From assembly GCA_045804705.1 (NCBI GenBank), contig JBJMMQ010000193.1, forward strand, positions 1-47,701: 47,701 nucleotides of DNA. Direction: 5' to 3'. Positions 1 through 7,875 of the stretch are shown in pieces. Position numbers and translations under genes: made by a program. The number at the start of each line of letters is the position of its first letter. The first letter of the stretch is position 1. Source of the stretch: Chloroflexota bacterium. Lineage in GTDB: Bacteria > Chloroflexota > Limnocylindria > Limnocylindrales > CSP1-4. Under the pieces are notes generated by a model. The model was not told the origin of the DNA. It made no database searches and saw nothing but the letters and a program-made list of their open reading frames with translations.

Positions 1-652
1 AGTTCTTGGTCGCCCTCGCCGTCTTGACGGTGGGCAGGATCCGCTGGATGACGATCAGCGAGACGATCCCGATCGGGATGTTGACGTAGAAGATCCAGTG
101 CCAGCTCAGGTTCTCGGTCAGCCAGCCGCCGATGAGCGGGCCGGCGACGAACGCGATACCGAAGACCGCGCCGAAGAGTCCCTGGTACTTGCCGCGCTCC
201 TGCGGCGTGAACATGTCGCCGATGATCGCCAACGCGACAGGGAAGAGGGCGCCTGCGCCGATGCCCTGGAATCCCCGGAAGAGGATGAGCATCCCCATGT
301 TCTGGCTCAGGCCTGACAAGGCGGACCCGATCAGGAAGATCGTGATGCCGATCATGAAGATCGGCTTGCGGCCGTAGACGTCCGACAGCTTGCCCCAGAA
401 CGGGACGCTGATCGTGCTCGTCAGCAGGTAGATGGTGATGGCCCAGACGTAGTAGTCGTTGCCACTCAGCTGGGTGACGATGGTCGGCAGGGCAGGACCG
501 ACGATCGTCTGGTCCAGTGCGCCGAGGAAAAGACCGAGCATGACCGCGAAGAGGATCTCCATCTTCTCGCGGTGGCTCAGGCCGAGGGCCGGATCCTCCT
601 CGAGCGTGGGGATGTACTCCTCGCCGCCTTGCGCGGCCGGGAACGCTTCCAT
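1..652 (-). CDS. MFS drug:H+ antiporter (DHA2/EmrB-QacA family), N-terminal part, runs off the window edge
   Basis: Manual translation from ATG 652: MEAFPAA...VMLGLFLGALDQTIVGPALPTIV...WGKLSDVYGRKP...FRGFQGIGAG...PQERGKYQG...GPLIGGWLTENLSWHWIFYVNIPIG (DHA2 motifs D1, A, C, H). SD-like GGGAGGGAG upstream. Absent from the ORF track because it is truncated. Confidence 0.9.
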   Translation of the reverse strand, partial: MEAFPAAQGGEEYIPTLEEDPALGLSHREKMEILFAVMLGLFLGALDQTIVGPALPTIVTQLSGNDYYVWAITIYLLTSTISVPFWGKLSDVYGRKPIFMIGITIFLIGSALSGLSQNMGMLILFRGFQGIGAGALFPVALAIIGDMFTPQERGKYQGLFGAVFGIAFVAGPLIGGWLTENLSWHWIFYVNIPIGIVSLIVIQRILPTVKTARATKN

Positions 653-660
653 GTGGTTGT

Positions 661-1149
661 CTACTCCCTCCCTTGGGGTTGGTGGCTGTGGTGGGCTCCG
701 GATGACGGATCGGAATGTGCCGCGAGGAACGCGACGCGCAGGGCGGCCATCGCCGTCGCGATCCCTTCGAGCTGGGACGGGTCGATCTGGTCGAGGACCT
801 GGCGCATGATCTCGGCTCGAGACGCCTCGACGTCCTCGAGCGTCTGCCGACCGACGGGCGTGATTCGGACGAGGACGATCCGGCGATCCTCGGGAACCCT
901 GATGCGCTCGACGAAGCCGCGCTCCTCGATCCGATCGATGAGCCCGGTCGCTGCCGAGTCGGACACGTCGAGCATCTCCGCGAGGCGGCTCATCGCGATC
1001 TCGCCGTGGCGCTCGAGCAGGTGCATGACGTGCAACTGGGTCATGCTGATGCCGAGACGGACCAGGCGCTCACTGCCGACGCACTTGAGTTCGCCGAACG
1101 AGGCGCGGAGGTCGGACAGGATGGCCGCCTTCGTCTCGTCGGGGGACAT
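661..1149 (-). CDS. MarR-family transcriptional regulator
   Basis: ISMTQLHVMHLL...MSRLAEMLDVSDSAATGLIDRIEERGFVERIRVPEDRRIVLVRITPVG, a MarR wHTH with the DRR wing. Directly upstream of the MFS gene. Start placed at ATG 1149, downstream of the promoter. Confidence 0.92.
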   Translation of the reverse strand: MSPDETKAAILSDLRASFGELKCVGSERLVRLGISMTQLHVMHLLERHGEIAMSRLAEMLDVSDSAATGLIDRIEERGFVERIRVPEDRRIVLVRITPVGRQTLEDVEASRAEIMRQVLDQIDPSQLEGIATAMAALRVAFLAAHSDPSSGAHHSHQPQGRE

Positions 1150-1168
1150 GCTTCGTATCACGCGAACA

Positions 1169-1204
1169 ATCATACTCTCGCGAACGATACTGTCAACGTT
1201 GACA
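1169..1204 (-). promoter_or_regulatory. Sigma70-type promoter for marR-MFS overlapping a 14-bp palindrome (candidate MarR operator)
   Basis: Minus strand TTGACA (1196-1191), 16 nt, TATGAT (1174-1169). Perfect palindrome TGTCAACGTTGACA at 1191-1204. Confidence 0.7.
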
Positions 1205-1226
1205 ATCAGTGAGCCGTGGAGGATGG

Positions 1227-2207
1227 ATGCGCTTCGCTCTCATGCTCGAATCGCAGCAGGGCCTGAGCTACGGGGACCACGTCGCGATCGCCAAGCGAGC
1301 CGAGGCGAATGGGTTCGAGACGCTCTTCCGCTCGGACCATTTCCAGAGCTTCCCGGGTCCGAGTGGCCAGCCGACCACCGACGCCTGGTCGGTCATCGCC
1401 GGTCTCGCTCGCGACACCGAGCGCATCGGCCTCGGGGTGCTCGTCTCGCCGGTCACCTTCCGACACCCCGGGACGTTCGCCAAGGTGGTGACGACGGTCG
1501 ATGAGATGAGCGGCGGCCGCATCGAGGTCGGTGTCGGGGCAGGCTGGAACGAGATCGAGCATCGGGGGCTGGGACTCGATTTCCCGCCGATCAGCGAGAG
1601 GGCCGATCTGATGGAGGATCAGCTCGCGATCCTGCACGGCTTGTGGGGTGAGCCCGATGGCTGGTCGTACGAGGGGCATCAGGTCTCGATCCAGGAGGCG
1701 GAATTCCACCCGAAGCCCGTCGATGTCCCGGGACGGCCACGCACGACGATCGGTGGCGCCCGGCCCCGCCTGCTCGTCGGTGGCCAGGGATCGCCGCGCT
1801 CGTACCGGATCGCAGCGCGCTACGCGGACGAGTTCAACCTCAGCTCCTCAGGGCCGGACCGGGCGCGAGAGGCGTTCGCGGCCGTCGACGCGGCGTGCGA
1901 GGCGATCGGGCGCGATCCGGCGACGCTCACGCACTCGACGATGGCCGGCATCCTCATCGGACGCGACGAGACGGAGATGGCCGATCGCCTGGCCGCGGCG
2001 GTGCGTGCCTTCGGGGCGGACGAGGACGATCGCGATTGGCTCGATCAGCGACTCGAGCGATGGATCACCGGGAGTCCTGACGAAGCACAGGACATGGTCC
2101 GCCGGTTCGCGGAGGCAGGCGTGGAGCGGATCATGCTCCAGGACTTCCTGCCGTGGGACCTCGACATGATCGACGTCATGGGTGAGGTCCTCGTCGGACA
2201 CGTCTGA
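1227..2207 (+). CDS. Luciferase-like monooxygenase (LLM) class, probable F420-dependent oxidoreductase
   Basis: MRFALMLESQQG...FETLFRSDHF...DAWSVIAGLARDTERIGLGVLVSPVTFRHPG...DEMSGGRIEVGVGAGWNEIEH. SD GGAGG before ATG 1227. Confidence 0.88.
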   Translation: MRFALMLESQQGLSYGDHVAIAKRAEANGFETLFRSDHFQSFPGPSGQPTTDAWSVIAGLARDTERIGLGVLVSPVTFRHPGTFAKVVTTVDEMSGGRIEVGVGAGWNEIEHRGLGLDFPPISERADLMEDQLAILHGLWGEPDGWSYEGHQVSIQEAEFHPKPVDVPGRPRTTIGGARPRLLVGGQGSPRSYRIAARYADEFNLSSSGPDRAREAFAAVDAACEAIGRDPATLTHSTMAGILIGRDETEMADRLAAAVRAFGADEDDRDWLDQRLERWITGSPDEAQDMVRRFAEAGVERIMLQDFLPWDLDMIDVMGEVLVGHV

Positions 2208-2218
2208 GTCGACGCCGG

Positions 2219-3406
2219 CTAGTTCCCGGCTGCCTCCGCGGCGGCGCGGTAGGTGTCGTCGTCCCGGCGGATGAGGTCGGGGTTCGTCCCGCGTGCGCGC
2301 GCGATGCGCTCGGTCAGGAGCTGGAGCGGGGTCACGCTGCTGACGAGCGTTCCGACGCGGGCGGGAAGCATGGGTGACTCGGCGACGACGAGCCGCCCGA
2401 GCGGCGTCAACGCCGGGTCGATCGCCTCGCTCGAACCCTCGGCAAGGATGGCGCCCACGCGAAGCCCGATGACTCGAGCAGCCTGGAGGGCCTGGCGCGC
2501 GCGGACCGCACGCTCTGGCCGCCGCTCGGGATCGGTCAGGATGAGGACGAGCCCGCTGTCGGCGCCCGTCGCCGGAAGATGCCCGTGCAGGACGGTCTCG
2601 AGGTCGCGATACGTCGACGGAAGCCACGAGGCTTCCTCGACCTTGATGACGAGCTCGCGGCCGGCCGGACGGTCGGCCCCCGAGGCGATGACGAGCAGCC
2701 GGTCCACGCCGGAGATGCCTCCAGCCATGCGCTCGGCGGTGGCCGTGTCTTGCAAGCCGTCTGCGAGGAGTCGCTCCACAGCGCGGGGTTCGAGGCGACG
2801 GCCGGACAGATGCGCGCCGACGGCCGCGCCGGCGAGGATGGGGCTCAGGTAGCCGACGGTGTGACACCACCCCTGGTCGAGCTCCGCGGTCTCGACGGCG
2901 ATGTCGGCGAGCGATCCCGCCGGCGACCTCCTGCTCACCGTGATGACGGCTGTCGCGCGGCCCGCATCTCGGGCAGCCCGCAGCGCCTCCCTCGTCGCGA
3001 CGGTGCCGCCCTCATGCGTGACGCCGATGACGAGACCGCGCTCGGGAGGAGCCAGGGAGAGCTCGAAGGCTTCCTCGGACCGAATGGCGGACGATGGGAG
3101 TCCGGCCGCGTCCGCTGCCTCGCGGATGATCTCGGCGATCGCTTGCGCGCCGTGCTCGGACGTGCCGCAGCCGGCCGTGACGACCGGTTCACCCGCTACT
3201 AGCGTGGATCTGATCGCGTCCGCCAGTCGAGCGGCATCGCTACCGGGGTCCGCCAGTCGCGTCAGGATCCTGACTGCCAGCGCCGGCTCCGCGGCGATCA
3301 TGTCGGTCATGTGGAATGGCGGTCCGGACCGGAGAGTGGGCGTCTGCGCCTCTTCCCAGGGCTCGGGCGGCCCGGGCAGGACAGCGGTCGGATCGAAGTC
3401 ATTCAT
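2219..3406 (-). CDS. Double SIS-domain sugar-phosphate isomerase/deaminase-like protein (GlmS/FrlB isomerase-like, no glutaminase domain)
   Basis: FHMTDMIAAEP, AGCGTSEHG, GVTHEGGT, CHTVGY, E..LHGH, and C-terminal PLQLL..RIARARGTNPD. Confidence 0.8.
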   Translation of the reverse strand: MNDFDPTAVLPGPPEPWEEAQTPTLRSGPPFHMTDMIAAEPALAVRILTRLADPGSDAARLADAIRSTLVAGEPVVTAGCGTSEHGAQAIAEIIREAADAAGLPSSAIRSEEAFELSLAPPERGLVIGVTHEGGTVATREALRAARDAGRATAVITVSRRSPAGSLADIAVETAELDQGWCHTVGYLSPILAGAAVGAHLSGRRLEPRAVERLLADGLQDTATAERMAGGISGVDRLLVIASGADRPAGRELVIKVEEASWLPSTYRDLETVLHGHLPATGADSGLVLILTDPERRPERAVRARQALQAARVIGLRVGAILAEGSSEAIDPALTPLGRLVVAESPMLPARVGTLVSSVTPLQLLTERIARARGTNPDLIRRDDDTYRAAAEAAGN

Positions 3407-3488
3407 CGGTCGGGCTCCTGAGGACCTCGAGGATAGGCCGCCGGGACCTGGTGCCGTCCCCCGGTTCGGTCCACGCGACAGCTCCCGC

Positions 3489-3905
3489 TCAGGCGGGGCC
3501 GTGCGGTCTGGCGATCCGCCCGAGGCGTCGCAGCGGCGCGTAGCGGAACCAGGCTCGTCCCAGGAGCTGCTCGACTGGGACCGGGCCGTAGCGGCGTGAA
3601 TCGATCGGCTCGCCGAAGCCCGCCGCCTCGGTCATCGCGGTCGTGGCGTCGCTGACCAGCCAGGCCTCGTCATCAGCGAGCTCGAGGTAGCCGTCCGCGA
3701 ACGCCACCTTGTCACCAGGGCCAGCCGCGACGCGCTTGACTGCCAGGTCGCCGCCATCCGGCTCGCGAAAGACGACGACCGTGCCACGACGCGGCCAGCG
3801 CGTGACCGTCGGGTCCACCAAAATCCAATCGCCGGCCAGGATCGCAGGCGCCATGCTCGCCTCCTGGACCGCGAGCCGCCACGGGCCGCGAAGACGCTCC
3901 CGCAT
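3489..3905 (-). CDS. sodX: Ni-SOD maturation protease (S26 peptidase family)
   Basis: SMAP..AGDWILV...VVVFREP...AVKRV...DSRRYGPV, an S26 Ser-Lys dyad. Immediately downstream of sodN. Confidence 0.85.
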   Translation of the reverse strand: MRERLRGPWRLAVQEASMAPAILAGDWILVDPTVTRWPRRGTVVVFREPDGGDLAVKRVAAGPGDKVAFADGYLELADDEAWLVSDATTAMTEAAGFGEPIDSRRYGPVPVEQLLGRAWFRYAPLRRLGRIARPHGPA

Positions 3906-3934
3906 CGGGGCCGCTCGCCGCGGCCTGGAGGAGG

Positions 3935-4348
3935 CTACTTCTTGGTCGCCCAGAAGATCTCGCTGAACTCCTTGACCGCCGCCTCGAGCTGGGCCGCAGC
4001 GTCAGCGTCGATGTTCTGCTTGTTCTTGGACGCGAGCTTGAGGATGTTCCAGACCTTGTCGTGGAGGTCGGGGTAGGCCGTCAGGTGTTCCGGCTTGAAG
4101 TAGTCGGACCAGATGACCTGCACTTCGCGCTTGACCCTCTCGGCGTGGTCTTCCTTCACCAGGACACACCGCTCGAACTTCTGGTGGGATGCGGCGTCGG
4201 TGCCGTCGATCCCGCCGATGAGTTCGACCATCCGGGCCACGGTCCGGGCTGCGACCTCGGCCCCATGGGGGTCGTAGATGCCGCATGGGATATCGCAATG
4301 GGCGCGCGCCATGGTCGTCGGGGCGAGCCAGCGGGTCAGTCGAGACAT
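3935..4348 (-). CDS. sodN: Nickel superoxide dismutase precursor
   Basis: Short leader MSRLTRWLAPTTMARA followed by the Ni-hook HCDIPCGIYDP; also WSDYFKPEH and C-terminal IFWATKK. SD AAGGAG. Confidence 0.97.
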   Translation of the reverse strand: MSRLTRWLAPTTMARAHCDIPCGIYDPHGAEVAARTVARMVELIGGIDGTDAASHQKFERCVLVKEDHAERVKREVQVIWSDYFKPEHLTAYPDLHDKVWNILKLASKNKQNIDADAAAQLEAAVKEFSEIFWATKK

Positions 4349-4476
4349 GGGACTCCTTCGTTCAACAAGGTGGGCACTGCCCTCGTCTCTGGGGTTTCAA
4401 GAAGTGTCCGAGCCGCCGTGGGCGCTGTCAAACGGGCTTGCGTCGTATGGTCGCACCTGTAGCGAGGAGGAGATGG

Positions 4477-5040
4477 ATGCGCAGCGTGACCTATTCGATG
4501 GGCATGTCAGTCGACGGCTACATCGTCGGCCCGGACGGTCGCTTCGACTGGACTGCGCCCGAACCAGAGGTCTTCCGGTTCTGGATCGACGAGATCCGGG
4601 ACGTGGACGTGCACCTCATGGGTCGGCGGCTCTACGAGACGATGCTGTACTGGGAGACCGCCGGGGAGGATCGGGCGCTCGACGACGACGAGCTCGAGTG
4701 GACAGCGCTTTGGAACCCGCTCCCGAAGGTCGTCTTCTCGACCACGCTGTCGACCGTCCAGGGCAATGCCCGCCTGGCCTCCGGCGGCCTCGCCGAGGAG
4801 ATCGACCGGCTTCGAGCCGAGCCAGGGGATGGCCAAATCGCGATCGGTGGCGCGACGCTCGCGCACCAGGCGGCGGCGCTGGACCTGATCGACGAGTACC
4901 GGGCGATCGTCCACCCTGTGCTGGTCGGCGGTGGCCTCTCGTACTTCCCGCGAGCCGAGCGCCGGGTCGATCTCGAGCTCGTCGAGACGCGCCTCTTCAG
5001 CTCGAAGTTCGTGTACGTCCGTTACCGCGTCAATCGGTAG
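4477..5040 (+). CDS. Dihydrofolate reductase-like (RibD C-terminal) protein
   Basis: MRSVTYSMGMSVDGYI...LMGRRLYE...PKVVFSTTL...IGGATLA...LIDEYRAIVHPVLVGGG. SD GAGGAGG before ATG 4477. Confidence 0.9.
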   Translation: MRSVTYSMGMSVDGYIVGPDGRFDWTAPEPEVFRFWIDEIRDVDVHLMGRRLYETMLYWETAGEDRALDDDELEWTALWNPLPKVVFSTTLSTVQGNARLASGGLAEEIDRLRAEPGDGQIAIGGATLAHQAAALDLIDEYRAIVHPVLVGGGLSYFPRAERRVDLELVETRLFSSKFVYVRYRVNR

Positions 5041-5062
5041 CGGCCGAAAGAGGCCCGCGGTG

Positions 5063-5341
5063 TCAGCGATGCTGCAGGTAGAGGGCTCGAACGCCGAGTC
5101 GGATCCGATCCAGGACCAGCTGGTCGCGGAGCGCAGCGTGCGCCGCGACGACGGTCTCGCCTCGACCCTCGCTGGTCTGATCGGCCGCGCCAAGGTGGTA
5201 GCTGAGGCGGAGGACCACCTCGCCGTTGGCGTCGACCTCGAGCCGCCGAACCTCGATCCCGCTGCCGAGCAGCTCGGTGCAGTCCTCGACGACCCGCTCG
5301 AGGTAGCCCCGATCCGCGTTCGAAACGTCCGCCATCCGCAT
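5063..5341 (-). CDS. Hypothetical small cytoplasmic protein (~92 aa)
   Basis: Protein-like composition (YLERVVEDCTELLGSGIEVRRLEVD...LRDQLVLDRIRLG). Fills the gap divergent from the LysM gene. TACGAT -10-like hexamer just upstream of ATG 5341. Confidence 0.6.
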   Translation of the reverse strand: MRMADVSNADRGYLERVVEDCTELLGSGIEVRRLEVDANGEVVLRLSYHLGAADQTSEGRGETVVAAHAALRDQLVLDRIRLGVRALYLQHR

Positions 5342-5438
5342 CCCGGCGTGATCGTAGGCCACGTCCCGCCGCGATCACAAGCATCCGAGGGGCGTTCGTG
5401 GCGGTGCGACCGCGTCGGCAGCGGGTATCATCCGCGCG

Positions 5439-6839
5439 ATGACTGAGCGAGCGCTGCCCGGCATGGACGGTGCCCCGGCGTGCCCGTTCGTCGCGTTCGG
5501 TGACGACCGTGAGGCACGGTCGACGAGCCCGGATCATCGACATCGATGCTTCGCCGAGTCACCGCCCGCGCCCCGCGCCCTGGCCCACCAGGAGGCGTAC
5601 TGCCTCTCCTCGGCATTCCCGGTCTGTCCGACGTTCCAGGACTGGGCGCGTCGTGAGGCCGCCCACGCTCGAGCCGCGAACGAACAGTCGGCCACTCCGG
5701 CGGCTTCGACGCCGGCGCCTGCCGCCCCAGACCCCGAGCCGACCTCACCACCGCGTGTCTACGATCTGTACGCAGACTGGTCCGTGCCTGCGCCTGACCC
5801 GGCCCCCTCGGACGTCGAGGCAGGACCGCACCAAACACCTCCCGACGGCGACGAGCCGATCGAGCGAAACCCGCCGCGCGACTGGGCGGCTCCACCGCCG
5901 TGGGCGACGGGCGCCGCGGCCGCTGCTGCGTTGTCCGGGCAGGCGGCCGCTCCAGGGACGCCGTCTGGCGGAAGCTCGACGCCTGGGCAACCTCCGACCC
6001 AAGGGCCCGTCGAAGGCCAGGGACTGGCCGGGAGCCCTGCCGACAGGCTCGCCGCGGGCGAGGTCCCGGCCGCCGTCGCCTGGTCGGCGTCGGGAGGCGG
6101 GCACGCCTCGACGGCTCCCGACGACGAGCTAGCGGGACTCGTCCAACCTCGTCCGTCGGCGCAGGGATCGACGCCGGCAGAGACGTCAGCGGCGGGCCCT
6201 TCGGCCTCCGGAGATGACTCCGTGCCGGCCGCTGCACTCGCCGCGGCCGCTGCGGCAGCCTCGGCCTCGGCGCCCGCTCAGGCCGCTCCCTCACCGCAGC
6301 CGATCGTCCGATCGAGCGAGCCGTACCCGCCCTCGACCCGCACCGGCAAACGACCAGCCGTCAGCTCGACCCGGGACACCGTCGCGGGACCGTCGTGGGA
6401 GCGGATGCAACGGATCGACACATATCCGGCGATCAAGGGCGGTTCGTCGATGCGAGGCGTCCCGCGGCTGGCGCTCTTCGCGGGCGCGCTCGCGATCGCG
6501 GCGCTCATCCTGTTCATGCTCCCGGCCATCATCGGGATCGGCGGCGGCGGCGGTTCGGCCAGTGCGAGCCCGAGCGGCAGCCGGCCCGCGGCGACGAAGA
6601 GTGCTGCGCCGTCGGTCGTCGCGGCGCCCACGCCCGTCGTCTACGTCATCAAGAAGGGCGACACGCTCTCGAAGGTGGCCAACAAGTTCGATGTCGAGCT
6701 CGAGGATCTGCTCGCCGCGAATCCCGAGATCAAGGATCCGAACAAGGTCTCGCTCGGCCAGGAGATCGTCATCCCGACGCCGCCTGCGGCGACGCCTGAA
6801 GCGTCTACAGCGCCCGTGGAGTCGACCGCCCCCGAGTGA
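5439..6839 (+). CDS. Membrane-anchored LysM protein with N-terminal Cys/His-rich domain and Pro/Ala-rich linker
   Basis: N-terminal CPFVAF...HRC...HQEAYCL...CPTF; single TM LALFAGALAIAALILFMLPAIIGI; C-terminal LysM YVIKKGDTLSKVANKFDVELEDLLAANPEIKDPNKVSLGQEIVIP. Confidence 0.88.
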   Translation: MTERALPGMDGAPACPFVAFGDDREARSTSPDHRHRCFAESPPAPRALAHQEAYCLSSAFPVCPTFQDWARREAAHARAANEQSATPAASTPAPAAPDPEPTSPPRVYDLYADWSVPAPDPAPSDVEAGPHQTPPDGDEPIERNPPRDWAAPPPWATGAAAAAALSGQAAAPGTPSGGSSTPGQPPTQGPVEGQGLAGSPADRLAAGEVPAAVAWSASGGGHASTAPDDELAGLVQPRPSAQGSTPAETSAAGPSASGDDSVPAAALAAAAAAASASAPAQAAPSPQPIVRSSEPYPPSTRTGKRPAVSSTRDTVAGPSWERMQRIDTYPAIKGGSSMRGVPRLALFAGALAIAALILFMLPAIIGIGGGGGSASASPSGSRPAATKSAAPSVVAAPTPVVYVIKKGDTLSKVANKFDVELEDLLAANPEIKDPNKVSLGQEIVIPTPPAATPEASTAPVESTAPE

Positions 6840-6863
6840 CCCGCGCCGGACGTGGCGCGAAGG

Positions 6864-7193
6864 CTACCGAGGCGCGATGTTGATCGCTGTGATCTTGCCG
6901 GCCTCGACGCGGAACGTCGCGTCGATGTGCTGACTCTGGGCCCCGGGCCGGACGACCAGCAGGTCCGCCTCCCAGGTGTTCCCGGTGTCGCGGATCTCGC
7001 CGGGGATCATCCGCAGGCCCTGATCGCCGCGGAGGAACCAGCCTCCCACGCGCTCGACCCCTCGGAGCGTCTGGACGCTGTCACCGACGTGGACTCGCAT
7101 CTCGGTCTTCTCGTCCATGAGCGCGACCGCGGCCTCGCGTTCGCCGGCATTCAGCTTCTCGAAGAACTCTTCCATCGTCTCGACAGCACCCAT
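6864..7193 (-). CDS. NTF2/SnoaL-like small protein
   Basis: MGAVETMEEFFEKLNAGEREAAVALMDE...LRGVERVGGWF...TFRVEAGKITAI resembles the NTF2-like pattern. Start reassigned to ATG 7193. Confidence 0.65.
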   Translation of the reverse strand: MGAVETMEEFFEKLNAGEREAAVALMDEKTEMRVHVGDSVQTLRGVERVGGWFLRGDQGLRMIPGEIRDTGNTWEADLLVVRPGAQSQHIDATFRVEAGKITAINIAPR

Positions 7194-7218
7194 GGGCGGA
7201 GTGTACCGTCGGCCGCCC

Positions 7219-7875
7219 ATGGATGCCCGGACCGCCCTGACCGATGCCTGGCCGCTCTTCGGCCTGCGTTTGCGGACGGAGCGACTCGTGCTGCGGATGC
7301 CGACCGACGACGACCTGCCCGGGCTGCTGGCGGTCGCGAAGGCGGGCCTCCACCCGCCCGAGACGATGCCGTTCGGCGTGGCCTGGTCCACCCTCCCGAG
7401 TCCTGCCTTCGAGCGCGGCTTCCTCCAGCACTACTGGCGGCTGCGAGCGACCTGGTCGGCGGATGCCTGGGCCCTCAATCTCATGGTCGAGCTGGATGGG
7501 CAGCCGATCGGCGCGCAATCGATCGACGCCGCGTCCTTCGCGGTCCACCGGAGGGTCCACACCGGCTCCTGGCTCGGGCTGCCCTTCCAGGGCCACGGCT
7601 ATGGCAAGGAGATGCGCGCCGCGGTCCTGGCCCTCGCATTCGACGGACTGGGCGCCCGCGTCGCCGAGACGGAGGCGTTCCTCGACAACGCCCCCTCGAA
7701 CGGCGTGTCGCGGGCGCTCGGTTACGACCCGAATGGGCTCGGCAGCCTCGCGCCCGAGGGTGTCTCGCGTGAGACGCAGCGATTCCGGATGACGCTCGAT
7801 GGGTGGCGTTCTCGGGAGCGCGGTCGGGTCGATATCGACGGCCTCGAGCGCTGCCGCGATCTGTTCGAGGGCTAG
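7219..7875 (+). CDS. GNAT acyltransferase (RimJ/RimL type, Rv0802c-like)
   Basis: WPLFGLRLRTERLVLR...TGSWLGLPFQGHGYGKEMRAAVLALAFDGLG...DNAPSNGVSRALGY, containing the acyl-CoA QGxGxG motif. Confidence 0.88.
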   Translation: MDARTALTDAWPLFGLRLRTERLVLRMPTDDDLPGLLAVAKAGLHPPETMPFGVAWSTLPSPAFERGFLQHYWRLRATWSADAWALNLMVELDGQPIGAQSIDAASFAVHRRVHTGSWLGLPFQGHGYGKEMRAAVLALAFDGLGARVAETEAFLDNAPSNGVSRALGYDPNGLGSLAPEGVSRETQRFRMTLDGWRSRERGRVDIDGLERCRDLFEG

